A stretch of 64,000 nucleotides of DNA, taken from the NCBI GenBank assembly GCA_963739305.1, contig CAVTZU010000017.1:1-64000 (forward strand). The letters are read 5' to 3'. Below are positions 52,180-60,085 of the stretch, one piece after another (position 1 is the stretch's first letter; every line of letters starts with the position of its first letter). Below the pieces are notes generated by a model that saw only the letters and a list, made by a program, of their open reading frames with translations, ran no database searches and had not been told where the DNA came from. The translations under genes were made by a program, and so were the position numbers. The stretch is from Candidatus Bathyarchaeota archaeon (lineage in GTDB: Archaea > Thermoproteota > Bathyarchaeia > Bathyarchaeales > Bathycorpusculaceae).

Positions 52180-52234
52180 CTTCTAATTCTCAAGAAAAAG
52201 GCAAGATTTCAAAGCAAGAATCTCATCGTTAGAT

Positions 52235-52372
52235 CTACTTCTTCTTGACCTTTTTCATCGGAGCTTCGCAGCACATCAGCTCACAGGTTGGTTCGCATCC
52301 ACAGGGTTCGTCAATGACCACGACGAGACCGCATTCTTCACATTTGTAGGATTCACCCTTTTTCTTAGCCAT
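52235..52372 (-). CDS. Unannotated 45-aa Cys-rich protein (desulforedoxin-like with extra Cys)
   Basis: MAKKKGESYKCEECGLVVVIDEPCGCEPTCELMCCEAPMKKVKKK; GGAGGTGA SD and TATATA upstream. Confidence 0.85.
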   Translation of the reverse strand: MAKKKGESYKCEECGLVVVIDEPCGCEPTCELMCCEAPMKKVKKK

Positions 52373-52487
52373 TCTAACTCACCTCCAGCTACTCTGCCAC
52401 ATTGTTTCGTGCTTTCTTAGGGATATATAACTATTCAACTGCATACCATGGTTACTGAGAAAACTTTTCCGTGCGCGCTGGACTCGA

Positions 52488-52588
52488 AGAAAAAACGGAA
52501 GGAATAGGTGGTTGGCTGAGGGCCTGGTCAACATGGGTTTTGAGTGTTCCGGGCTCTAAAACACCCTACCCCCCGGTCTTTTTTTCTT
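52488..52588. other. Predicted multibranch stem-loop element
   Basis: Outer AAGAAAAAA..CGG / CCG..TTTTTTCTT pairing encloses two inner hairpins; folded by eye. Confidence 0.45.
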
Positions 52589-52778
52589 GCAGAGTACTGC
52601 GGATGGAGATTTTGTTAGGGCGGTGGCTGATTCTTGTCGTGGTTTCCGTTTGAATTTGCATGTTGAAGTGTGACGGAACAGATAGATTCTTGTTGCATGG
52701 AGAGGCTGGGAATCTCAGATGCTGAAGATGCTGAATAACTCTGATGTAGCACATGCAAAATTGACTTCAATCGTGGAA

Positions 52779-52785
52779 GCGCGCG
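52779..52785. repeat. Alternating (GC)n junction motif
   Basis: GCGCGCG just upstream of the radical SAM operon promoter; a 6-mer at 52473-52478. Confidence 0.65.
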
Positions 52786-52853
52786 ATCTTCCTTGTCAAG
52801 GTTTGGTTCAAGGGGCAAAGTTAAATTCTAAGAGCCAGAAACACATAACGCCT

Positions 52854-53192
52854 ATGGACTTGAAAACAGCTTTGGGGGCTGCCGCAATTGCCGTTCTTCT
52901 GTTCTTCGGCATAATATTCGCATGGGCTTCGGTCTATGCAATAACACGACTATACGTTGCCGCAGCGCTGTTCGTTGTTGCGTTTGTTATCGCTTTCTTC
53001 ATTTCGAGAAAGCCTAAGACTATAGTGCAGCAGTTCGAAGTGTCTGGTGAAATGAAAGCTGTCACAATCAAGTGTCCCAACTGTTCAGGATCAATTGACC
53101 CAAACAGCATCAAAATCGTCGATGGTGTTCCCTATGCGACGTGTCCGTATTGTGGGAACAGGTTCGAGGTGACCGAGGAACCCAAATGGTGA
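52854..53192 (+). CDS. Two-TM membrane protein with C-terminal zinc ribbon
   Basis: Two hydrophobic helices, CPNC...CPYC, ends EEPKW; TTAAAT about 30 bp upstream. Confidence 0.85.
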   Translation: MDLKTALGAAAIAVLLFFGIIFAWASVYAITRLYVAAALFVVAFVIAFFISRKPKTIVQQFEVSGEMKAVTIKCPNCSGSIDPNSIKIVDGVPYATCPYCGNRFEVTEEPKW

Positions 53193-54832
53193 AAAACCGT
53201 CTGCTCATTGCTTTTTTTGCAGTCGTCGCTGTTTCTCTGATGCTTACAAATTGCGTGTCCGCGCAGCGTGCTTATCATTTTGATCAAGAGTGGGTGAAGA
53301 TCTGGATCAACGCGGATGGAAGTATCGACCTGTTCTACAACATAAGCATAACTTTGGATTCTGGGGACAACATAAATTTCGTCACCGTGGGGCAGCCCCA
53401 GGGTGATTTCACGAATGGAACAGCCATCGACCAGTATGGAAACGTCCTGTCAACATCAGACGCGAGTTCAGGAAGCGATTACAAGGTTCAGGTTAACCTC
53501 GCCAACCCATTGATGGCTGGACAAACAGTTTGGTTCACGGTCACCACGAACGTTGCAAACATGATCTATGAAGACAATGAAACTAACGTCGGCATGTTAT
53601 TCATACCCACTTGGTGGACGCAAGCAACGGTGACTGACCTTCGTGTTTCAATCGTCCTACCTCTTGGAGTGGCTAGCAGCCAAATTGGCACTTCAGTCAA
53701 CTGGGACAACTTGCTCACCGAGCCTGACGGGCGATTGGCGGTATTCTGGGAAAGACAGAACCTTAGTCAGGGCCAGAAGTACGAGTTTGGAGTTTCTTTC
53801 CCCAAAGGATTTGTGAGCAAGTACGGGCAGAAGGCCACGCCCCTTGTTGCATTCTTCAGGGACTACGGTCCTGGGCTTCTGGGGGTTGGAGTTTTCGTCG
53901 CCTTCGTTGGAATCGTCGCGCGATTTGTTCGGAAGAAAGGTTACCAGTTGCCGAAGATCAGCATGGAAACTCTCGGAGCGCGACGCGGCTTGACAGCGGT
54001 GGAGGCTTCCTATCTCATAGGCATGAAGCCTCCGATGGTTGTGACGGAGATTCTGTACAGTCTGCTTCAGAAGAGGGCGGTCTGGGTAGAGGGAACTAAA
54101 CCGTCTATCAAACTGAGAATCATGGATCAATTCAAGAACAAGAAAGGAACCTCGGATGTTCCTCTTCGGTACTACGAGATCGATTTCCTCGGTGCTCTTA
54201 AAGAAAATGGTGCGCTTGATGAGGAGAAGCTTGCCAAGACAGTAATGTACCTAAGAGATTCCGTGGAGGAAAAGATGCGTGGTTATGAGAGGGCCGGTAC
54301 GATCGAATATTATAAGCAGATCGCCGGGAAGGCTTGGACGCAGGTTGAACAGGCAGGGACCCCTGAATTGGCTTCGAACGCCTACGACGAACAACTGCTG
54401 TGGCTGTTTCTGGACCCCAACTATAAGGCAAGGACCGACACGGCTTTTCGGGACAGAGTTTTTCAGCCCAGCCCCCTCTGGTTCTGGTACTGGTACGGCT
54501 ACCAAAACTACTTCTCGCACCCGACTTATCAGCCGAACATAGGAACGCCAAGTCAATCCGGCAAGCCACCCACGATTCCAGGAGCAGATTTTGCGAACAA
54601 CGTTGCCTCCGCAGTTGAGAACACGTCGAACTCAATAGTGGTCAATCTTGAGAAATTCGCTAATTCAATATTGCCGTTTTCACCTGGCAAAGCTTCACAG
54701 TCACCAGCTCATAGTAACGCAGACTGCGTGTGTGCATGTGCTGCCTGCGCCTGTGCCTGTGCATGCGTCTCTTGTGCGTGTGCCTGCGCAGGCGGCGGAG
54801 TCGGGATTAAAGGGGATGGTTTGAAAAGATGA
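53186..54832 (+). CDS. Membrane-anchored protein (DUF2207-like N-terminal domain) with C-terminal CxCxC-rich tail; candidate radical SAM substrate
   Basis: Signal peptide, WINADGSIDLFYNI beta domain, TM helix followed by RKK, tail CVCACAACACACACVSCACACAGGG. Confidence 0.85.
   Translation: MVKNRLLIAFFAVVAVSLMLTNCVSAQRAYHFDQEWVKIWINADGSIDLFYNISITLDSGDNINFVTVGQPQGDFTNGTAIDQYGNVLSTSDASSGSDYKVQVNLANPLMAGQTVWFTVTTNVANMIYEDNETNVGMLFIPTWWTQATVTDLRVSIVLPLGVASSQIGTSVNWDNLLTEPDGRLAVFWERQNLSQGQKYEFGVSFPKGFVSKYGQKATPLVAFFRDYGPGLLGVGVFVAFVGIVARFVRKKGYQLPKISMETLGARRGLTAVEASYLIGMKPPMVVTEILYSLLQKRAVWVEGTKPSIKLRIMDQFKNKKGTSDVPLRYYEIDFLGALKENGALDEEKLAKTVMYLRDSVEEKMRGYERAGTIEYYKQIAGKAWTQVEQAGTPELASNAYDEQLLWLFLDPNYKARTDTAFRDRVFQPSPLWFWYWYGYQNYFSHPTYQPNIGTPSQSGKPPTIPGADFANNVASAVENTSNSIVVNLEKFANSILPFSPGKASQSPAHSNADCVCACAACACACACVSCACACAGGGVGIKGDGLKR
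54725..54799 (+). repeat. Cys-Ala repeat coding segment (10 Cys in 21 aa, then GGG)
   Basis: Read directly; mixed synonymous codons. Confidence 0.92.
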
Positions 54833-56172
54833 GTCTCTTTAACAGGATCTTCCGGCCCCCAAGAATTCCACAAGGTCGATACACCTATCGTGGGAAAGGT
54901 AACCTGGCAGGGTTGGCGTTGCAGCTTCGCGTTGAGCCTAACGGTGAAAGCATTTTGGTGATAAACGCTGACCGAGTGCTGTTTCTCAATGAATCCGCAA
55001 CAGCATATGCCTACTATTACGTGCACGGGTTCACGTCGGAACAGATACTGAAGAAGATACGCCGAACTTACAGGGTCAACGCGAAGACAGCGAAGGAGCA
55101 CTACGAGAAACTTATCTACACGATCAATACTTTGGCGCACACCGAAAAAGTCTGTCCCATTTCTTATCTCGATGTGAAAACAGTGGAACCTTTCACTCAA
55201 CAGCTTTCTGCACCTCTTCGCATGGACTTAGCTCTCACTTTCAGATGTCAGAACGACTGCGTTCACTGCTATGCGGGTGGACCGCATGAGACCGAGGAAT
55301 TGACCACCGAGCAATGGAAACACGTTATCGACCGAATGCACGAAATCGGCGTGTTCATTCTCACGTTCACGGGGGGTGAACCGACTCTTCGAGATGACCT
55401 GCCTGAACTATTGATGTATGCACAGAAGAAAGGTGCGGTGGCCGGACTCGTTACGAACGGCAGGAAATTGAGCGATAAACGCTACGTTGACAAGCTTGAA
55501 AAGTCTGGCCTAGATTTTGTGCAGGTCACATTGGAGTCCCATAAATCTAAGATTCATGACCAAATGACCGCTGCCGAAGGAAGTTGGAAAGAGACTGTTG
55601 CCGGAATCACCAACGCTGTCCTTTCGAAGATCTACGTGACAACCAACACGACGCTCAGCAAGTACAACGCGCCAGAATTCTTGGACACGATTGATTTCAT
55701 CAAGGCCTTGGGAGTTGATGGTTTCGGATGCAACAGCTTGATCTACTCAGGAAAAGCAAGTGAAGTTGATGAAGAATTCGCGCTGCCGCTTGAAGCGTTG
55801 AACGAACTTCTTCCCAAGATCCGCGACAAAGCCAACCAGGTCGGGCTCAAGTTTCTATGGTATACGCCCACTCAATACTGCCGCTTCAATCCTGTAAAAC
55901 TTGGGTTAGGCGTTAAGTCCTGCACAGCCGCAAACGTCAGCATGTGCATTGCGCCCAATGGCGATGTGTACCCGTGTCAAAGCTACTTCGAGAGCCTCGG
56001 CAACGTATTCAAGGATGATTGGCAGAAGATCTGGAACAGTCCACTCGCAAAGAAGCTTAGGAACAGAGAGTGGGTGGAGCCAAAATGCAAAGATTGTCCT
56101 GAACTGCAGATCTGCGGTGGAGGCTGCCCGTTAGAGCTGAACAAAAAAGATTACGTCTGCCTCGAAACCTAG
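54829..56172 (+). CDS. Radical SAM/SPASM enzyme with N-terminal PqqD-like RiPP recognition element
   Basis: CQNDCVHC, TGGEP, SPASM CTAA..CIAPNGDVYPC..CKDC..CGGGCP..C; N-terminal LRVE..ILVIN..LFLNESA then three helices. Confidence 0.92.
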   Translation: MSLFNRIFRPPRIPQGRYTYRGKGNLAGLALQLRVEPNGESILVINADRVLFLNESATAYAYYYVHGFTSEQILKKIRRTYRVNAKTAKEHYEKLIYTINTLAHTEKVCPISYLDVKTVEPFTQQLSAPLRMDLALTFRCQNDCVHCYAGGPHETEELTTEQWKHVIDRMHEIGVFILTFTGGEPTLRDDLPELLMYAQKKGAVAGLVTNGRKLSDKRYVDKLEKSGLDFVQVTLESHKSKIHDQMTAAEGSWKETVAGITNAVLSKIYVTTNTTLSKYNAPEFLDTIDFIKALGVDGFGCNSLIYSGKASEVDEEFALPLEALNELLPKIRDKANQVGLKFLWYTPTQYCRFNPVKLGLGVKSCTAANVSMCIAPNGDVYPCQSYFESLGNVFKDDWQKIWNSPLAKKLRNREWVEPKCKDCPELQICGGGCPLELNKKDYVCLET

Positions 56173-56456
56173 CCTCCGCACCTTTTCCTCGTCGTTTTCA
56201 CAGTTTTTGCGTAAGAACGTGTCAGTTTCCTTTTCTGCGCGTGATTCAGTTTCTTGATTCTTTTCTCCCTTTTCATCGCCTCTGACCTGGAACTGAATTC
56301 CTCGACGTAAACAAGACCCTTCGGCTTATGCATCTTCGTGAATCTTGCACCGTTCCCGTTGACGTGCGTTCTGAAGCGTGATCTCACGTTTTTCGTGTAT
56401 CCAGTGTAGAAGTTGTCTCCTTCGCAGAGTATGATGTAGACGAAGTAAGGGGTCAT
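56169..56456 (-). CDS. GIY-YIG nuclease family protein (UPF0213-like)
   Basis: YFVYII..FYTGYT..R...H..G.GARFT..EAMKRE. Confidence 0.9.
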   Translation of the reverse strand: MTPYFVYIILCEGDNFYTGYTKNVRSRFRTHVNGNGARFTKMHKPKGLVYVEEFSSRSEAMKREKRIKKLNHAQKRKLTRSYAKTVKTTRKRCGG

Positions 56457-56747
56457 CTGTTGTATTCGCTTCTAACGGTTATCTCGCGTTCATTTTCTTT
56501 TTCAAAGTTAATAAAACTAGTTTCAAAAACGTTGGCAAAATTTATAAGAAATCCTGAATTAAAGATTCCGATTTCTCTTCAACCTAGATATGGGCTCTAA
56601 CAGACTTAAACATTATGGAGGACAGTTCTATCCCTATGTTCATGCCAAAATCCTCTTTTTAGAGCCTCCAGTCTCAGTAACAAAGCAAATTTCAAACCAA
56701 AAGGTGGAGATTTCTCCCGAAATGTCGCCTTGACTCGCCGTTTAAGG

Positions 56748-56754
56748 GCGCGCG
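56748..56754. repeat. Alternating (GC)n junction motif
   Basis: GCGCGCG 9 bp past the stop of the next minus-strand gene. Confidence 0.65.
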
Positions 56755-56763
56755 TACACGTGT

Positions 56764-57189
56764 TTAAGGAAATCTGAATAGTGGAGGAGTATATTCGTAA
56801 CCGAGACTTTGGCGCGTCCGATCGTCTATAGTAACAGCATAAAAATGTACATAATCCAGCAGGTAGAGGACACTACCACCGCCCCATTCTCCAGTTGAAT
56901 TTGTCAAGCGTGCTTCATAGATAAACTGAGTTTCATTCTGGCAGTGAATGGTTATTTGAGGAGGCAAAAACATGAAATCACGAAATCCAAAGAAGTCGCG
57001 TGCAGAAATGACTCTGAAACCCTCTTTCTCTAACGTATCCTTGAAGCTAGCGATGCTTGCAAACCAAGATACAAATGACCAACAAACGTATCCTGCAAAA
57101 ACGACAATAATTATCACAAGCACTTTGAACTTCCTGGATTTGGTTTTGAGGTGCCAAGAAAATAATGCGTGTGAGGACTGAATTGCCAT
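56764..57189 (-). CDS. Hypothetical membrane-anchored protein (single-gene module)
   Basis: One N-terminal TM helix; fills the segment between two GC motifs. Confidence 0.6.
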   Translation of the reverse strand: MAIQSSHALFSWHLKTKSRKFKVLVIIIVVFAGYVCWSFVSWFASIASFKDTLEKEGFRVISARDFFGFRDFMFLPPQITIHCQNETQFIYEARLTNSTGEWGGGSVLYLLDYVHFYAVTIDDRTRQSLGYEYTPPLFRFP

Positions 57190-57276
57190 AGTAAATCAAG
57201 GTTGAGAAGCAATAGTTAACTTTGTTGGGTTTGGGTTTTGGATAAAACTTTACCCCACAGACTTGGGATGTATGCT

Positions 57277-57284
57277 GCGCGCGC
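57277..57284. repeat. Alternating (GC)n junction motif
   Basis: GCGCGCGC, intergenic. Confidence 0.8.
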
Positions 57285-57337
57285 CTCCCAAAAGACCATT
57301 GGGTTTATTGTCTTTCAAGGAATTGCAAGAAAAAGTG

Positions 57338-57426
57338 TTTGGAACAGCTTTGGAACACTATTTTGGAACAAAATAATGGCCTTTGACGATGTTTTCACTA
57401 ATGCGCGCGCTACAAAGTTTGGAACA
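57338..57426 (+). repeat. Four copies of TTTGGAACA (putative operator repeats)
   Basis: Exact copies at 57338, 57349, 57362 and 57418; the last abuts TTATTTAA. Confidence 0.75.
57403..57410. repeat. Alternating (GC)n junction motif
   Basis: GCGCGCGC upstream of the ABC operon promoter. Confidence 0.8.
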
Positions 57427-57489
57427 TTATTTAAGGAAAATTGGCTATCTACCAAGATATCACACCGTCTAAGCCAAGGAGTAACTACC

Positions 57490-58410
57490 TTGATAGAAAC
57501 TGATAGCCTAACCAAAAAATTTGGAGACCTGACAGCGGTAGACAACCTCACCCTACAAGTTAATGATGGTGAAGTTTTCGGTTTCCTAGGACCAAACGGT
57601 GCAGGAAAAACCACCACCATAAGGATGCTTTGCTGTTTAATATCAAAAACTAGTGGGAACGCAAACATAGGCGGCTATGACATAGGAAAAAAGGAAGACT
57701 CAATTAAAATCCGCAAAATCATCGGTTTAGTTCCTGACAACGTCGGACTATCTGAACACCTAAGCGCTTATGATAACCTGGATTTCTACGGAAAAATATA
57801 CGATTGCACAGATACTGAAAGAAAACGGAGCATTAAGCGTTTCCTAGAAATGCTGGGGCTGTGGGAAAAGAGGAATGTTTTAGCTGGTACCTTTTCGAAA
57901 GGTATGAAGCAGAAACTAGCCATTGCCCGTGCACTTATCCATGACCCACAAATACTGTTCATGGATGAGCCAACAGCCAACTTAGATCCTGAGTCTGCCA
58001 AGACAGTTAGGGAGTTTATTCTTGATTTAAAAAAGCAAAAGAAAACCATTTTCTTAAACACCCACAACCTCGATGAGGCCCAGAGGATATGTGATAAAAT
58101 AGCTATTCTGAACACGAAGCTTCGGGCAATAGGCACTCCTGATGAACTTGAACGATCTGTTCATGGCAGAAGCACAGTTATCACATTGGAGCAAGTCAAC
58201 GATGCCGTTTTAAACTCTTTAAAGAAGTTGTCGCTTAGAAACCTCACTGTTGACGGCAACAAGGTAACGTTTGATGTGGTGGATCCTGATAAAGAGAATT
58301 CGCCAGTTGTAGAATCCCTCGTGCTGGCTGGCGGTCACGTGCGGGCCATTAACGTTGTGGGTTCGACTTTGGAAGATACCTATTTGAAGCTTGTGAGGGA
58401 GTCCGCATGA
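57490..58410 (+). CDS. ABC transporter ATP-binding protein
   Basis: GPNGAGKT, FSKGMKQK, FMDEP; probable TTG start after AAGGAG. Confidence 0.92.
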   Translation: MIETDSLTKKFGDLTAVDNLTLQVNDGEVFGFLGPNGAGKTTTIRMLCCLISKTSGNANIGGYDIGKKEDSIKIRKIIGLVPDNVGLSEHLSAYDNLDFYGKIYDCTDTERKRSIKRFLEMLGLWEKRNVLAGTFSKGMKQKLAIARALIHDPQILFMDEPTANLDPESAKTVREFILDLKKQKKTIFLNTHNLDEAQRICDKIAILNTKLRAIGTPDELERSVHGRSTVITLEQVNDAVLNSLKKLSLRNLTVDGNKVTFDVVDPDKENSPVVESLVLAGGHVRAINVVGSTLEDTYLKLVRESA

Positions 58411-59147
58411 GATTGTCAAAAGCATGGCTTGTTGCCTCAAGAGATTTTAAAATATTTAGGCATCAGAAAAATATTCTGTACTCAATCATCGTTTTTCCCA
58501 TTATAATTTCAGTTCTCTTTCCAGCCATACTAGAGTTTGCTGGACAACGAAACGCTGGGCTCCTCACAACTGCAAATCTTCCAAACCTATTAAATTCATT
58601 TTCATTCTTTATTGTCATTGGAGCGGCGTACATTCCATTAGGAATTGCTTCTTATAGCATAGTCGGCGAAAAAATTGAGAAGAGTTTAGAACCGCTCCTC
58701 GCTACTCCTCTTACTGACGGGGAGATTTTGCTTGGAAAAGCAATTGCTGCAGTGTTGCCAACTTTAGCTGCAATGTATGCTGGAGCGACAGTTTTTATGG
58801 TTGGCGTTGATGCAGTGACTTTCGGGAAGCTTGGCTATAATTATTTTCCAAATTGGACTTTTGGTGTTTTGCTGCTGATCCTAGTTCCCGTCGCTGTTGT
58901 TATGAGCGTGCTATACAGCGTTATTGTCTCATCGAGAGTTAATGACGTACGCAGCGCTAATGGTTCTGGGATACTAATTTTATTGCCATTGTTAGCAATT
59001 TATTTGGCTAGCGAAATACGCATAATAAGTCTAGACATAAGCGGGATTCTCATAATCTCAGGTATCCTTTTCGCGATTAATATCGCTCTTTATTTCGTAG
59101 GTACAGCAGCTTTTCAACGAGAGGAAATACTAACAAAGTGGAAGTAG
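58407..59147 (+). CDS. ABC-2 type permease
   Basis: SIVGEKIEKSLEPLLATP..EILLGK; about six TM helices. Confidence 0.9.
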   Translation: MRLSKAWLVASRDFKIFRHQKNILYSIIVFPIIISVLFPAILEFAGQRNAGLLTTANLPNLLNSFSFFIVIGAAYIPLGIASYSIVGEKIEKSLEPLLATPLTDGEILLGKAIAAVLPTLAAMYAGATVFMVGVDAVTFGKLGYNYFPNWTFGVLLLILVPVAVVMSVLYSVIVSSRVNDVRSANGSGILILLPLLAIYLASEIRIISLDISGILIISGILFAINIALYFVGTAAFQREEILTKWK

Positions 59148-59182
59148 CAAGATTGGAAGCGACGAGGGAGGAGGTGGGAAAA

Positions 59183-59392
59183 GTGGTGGACTGGAAAGAT
59201 TATTATCAAACAAACAAAGGGCGACTCCTTGGAATTGGGGGAATATTAATTGTTGTGGGCCTTGTCCTCTATTTTGCAAGAGGTCAAGAAGTTGCACTCG
59301 TATTACCCATCGTTGGGATTGTGTTGTTCATTGCAGGTGTTATTTATAAGCCGCGCAAGAAGAAAGAAAACATTACCAGCGACGCACCGTAG
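59183..59392 (+). CDS. Small two-TM membrane protein
   Basis: GGAGGTG SD; two hydrophobic helices, basic tail. Confidence 0.7.
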   Translation: MVDWKDYYQTNKGRLLGIGGILIVVGLVLYFARGQEVALVLPIVGIVLFIAGVIYKPRKKKENITSDAP

Positions 59393-59428
59393 GCAGGATT
59401 TCTCGACCGCTTGGATATCTGTCTACTA

Positions 59429-59438
59429 GCGCGCGCGC
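59429..59438. repeat. Alternating (GC)n junction motif
   Basis: Perfect palindrome TAGCGCGCGCGCTA between convergent modules. Confidence 0.8.
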
Positions 59439-59467
59439 TAAATAGTAAAACCTAGTATCATTAGACC

Positions 59468-60058
59468 CTAACCAGAATCCGCCTGCGTGCGCGCTATCTT
59501 TTTTCCAATTGAGAACGCTTGTCCTGTGCTTTTCCCAATTTTATGATATGTCATTTGTGCAGGATTCCAGATGATCGGTTTCACTTTTTCAATGTCCGGA
59601 AGGTTCTTTTCATTAAGCACAAAAGAATCAGCTTTGACATCCACGATTTCACCTATGAACTCTGTGTGTAGCCCAATTTTAACTATTTGAATAACCTTGC
59701 ACTCTATTATCAGAGGAAATTCTTTTACATAGGGTGCATCAACAAGATCGCTTTTCACAGGAGTAAGCCCTGTTGCTGAGAATTTATCCACCGTTTTCCC
59801 CGAAGCAATGCCAAAATAATCAGCCTCCTTGGTATAGGTTTCGGATGGAATACTCACTGTAAACGATTTCCGTTTCATAATATTTCTGTAGGTGTACGTG
59901 GCTTTTCTCAGAGATACATAGAGACATGGCGGTCGGGAACAACAAATTCCTCCCCAAGCAGCAGTCATAACATTTGGTTTTCCCTCTCGGTCATAGGTTC
60001 CTACAACCCAGACAGGTGTCGTGGGAACGATAGTCTCTGCACCCAAAGATTTTTTCAA
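59468..60058 (-). CDS. Flavin reductase family protein (flavoredoxin-like)
   Basis: [43 protein letters not shown]. Confidence 0.9.
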   Translation of the reverse strand: MKKSLGAETIVPTTPVWVVGTYDREGKPNVMTAAWGGICCSRPPCLYVSLRKATYTYRNIMKRKSFTVSIPSETYTKEADYFGIASGKTVDKFSATGLTPVKSDLVDAPYVKEFPLIIECKVIQIVKIGLHTEFIGEIVDVKADSFVLNEKNLPDIEKVKPIIWNPAQMTYHKIGKSTGQAFSIGKKIARTQADSG

Positions 60059-60085
60059 AAGAAACCTCCTCAACATTTTGTCCAA

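Noticed and set aside
52843-52850. ACATAACG ModE half-site before the radical SAM operon
   Set aside because: No matching second half-site at the expected spacing.
54725-54790. Cys-Ala tail as a TGTGCN microsatellite artefact
   Set aside because: Synonymous codons vary throughout, the pattern is symmetric, and it abuts a peptide-modifying enzyme gene.
57338-57426. Possible mini-CRISPR array
   Set aside because: Repeats are only 9 bp with 2-4 bp or 47 bp gaps; no cas genes or CRISPR array seen in the window.
57238-57489. Long N-terminal extension of the ABC ATPase in the ORF track
   Set aside because: Runs through promoter, repeats and GC motifs; family similarity starts at the TTG at 57490.
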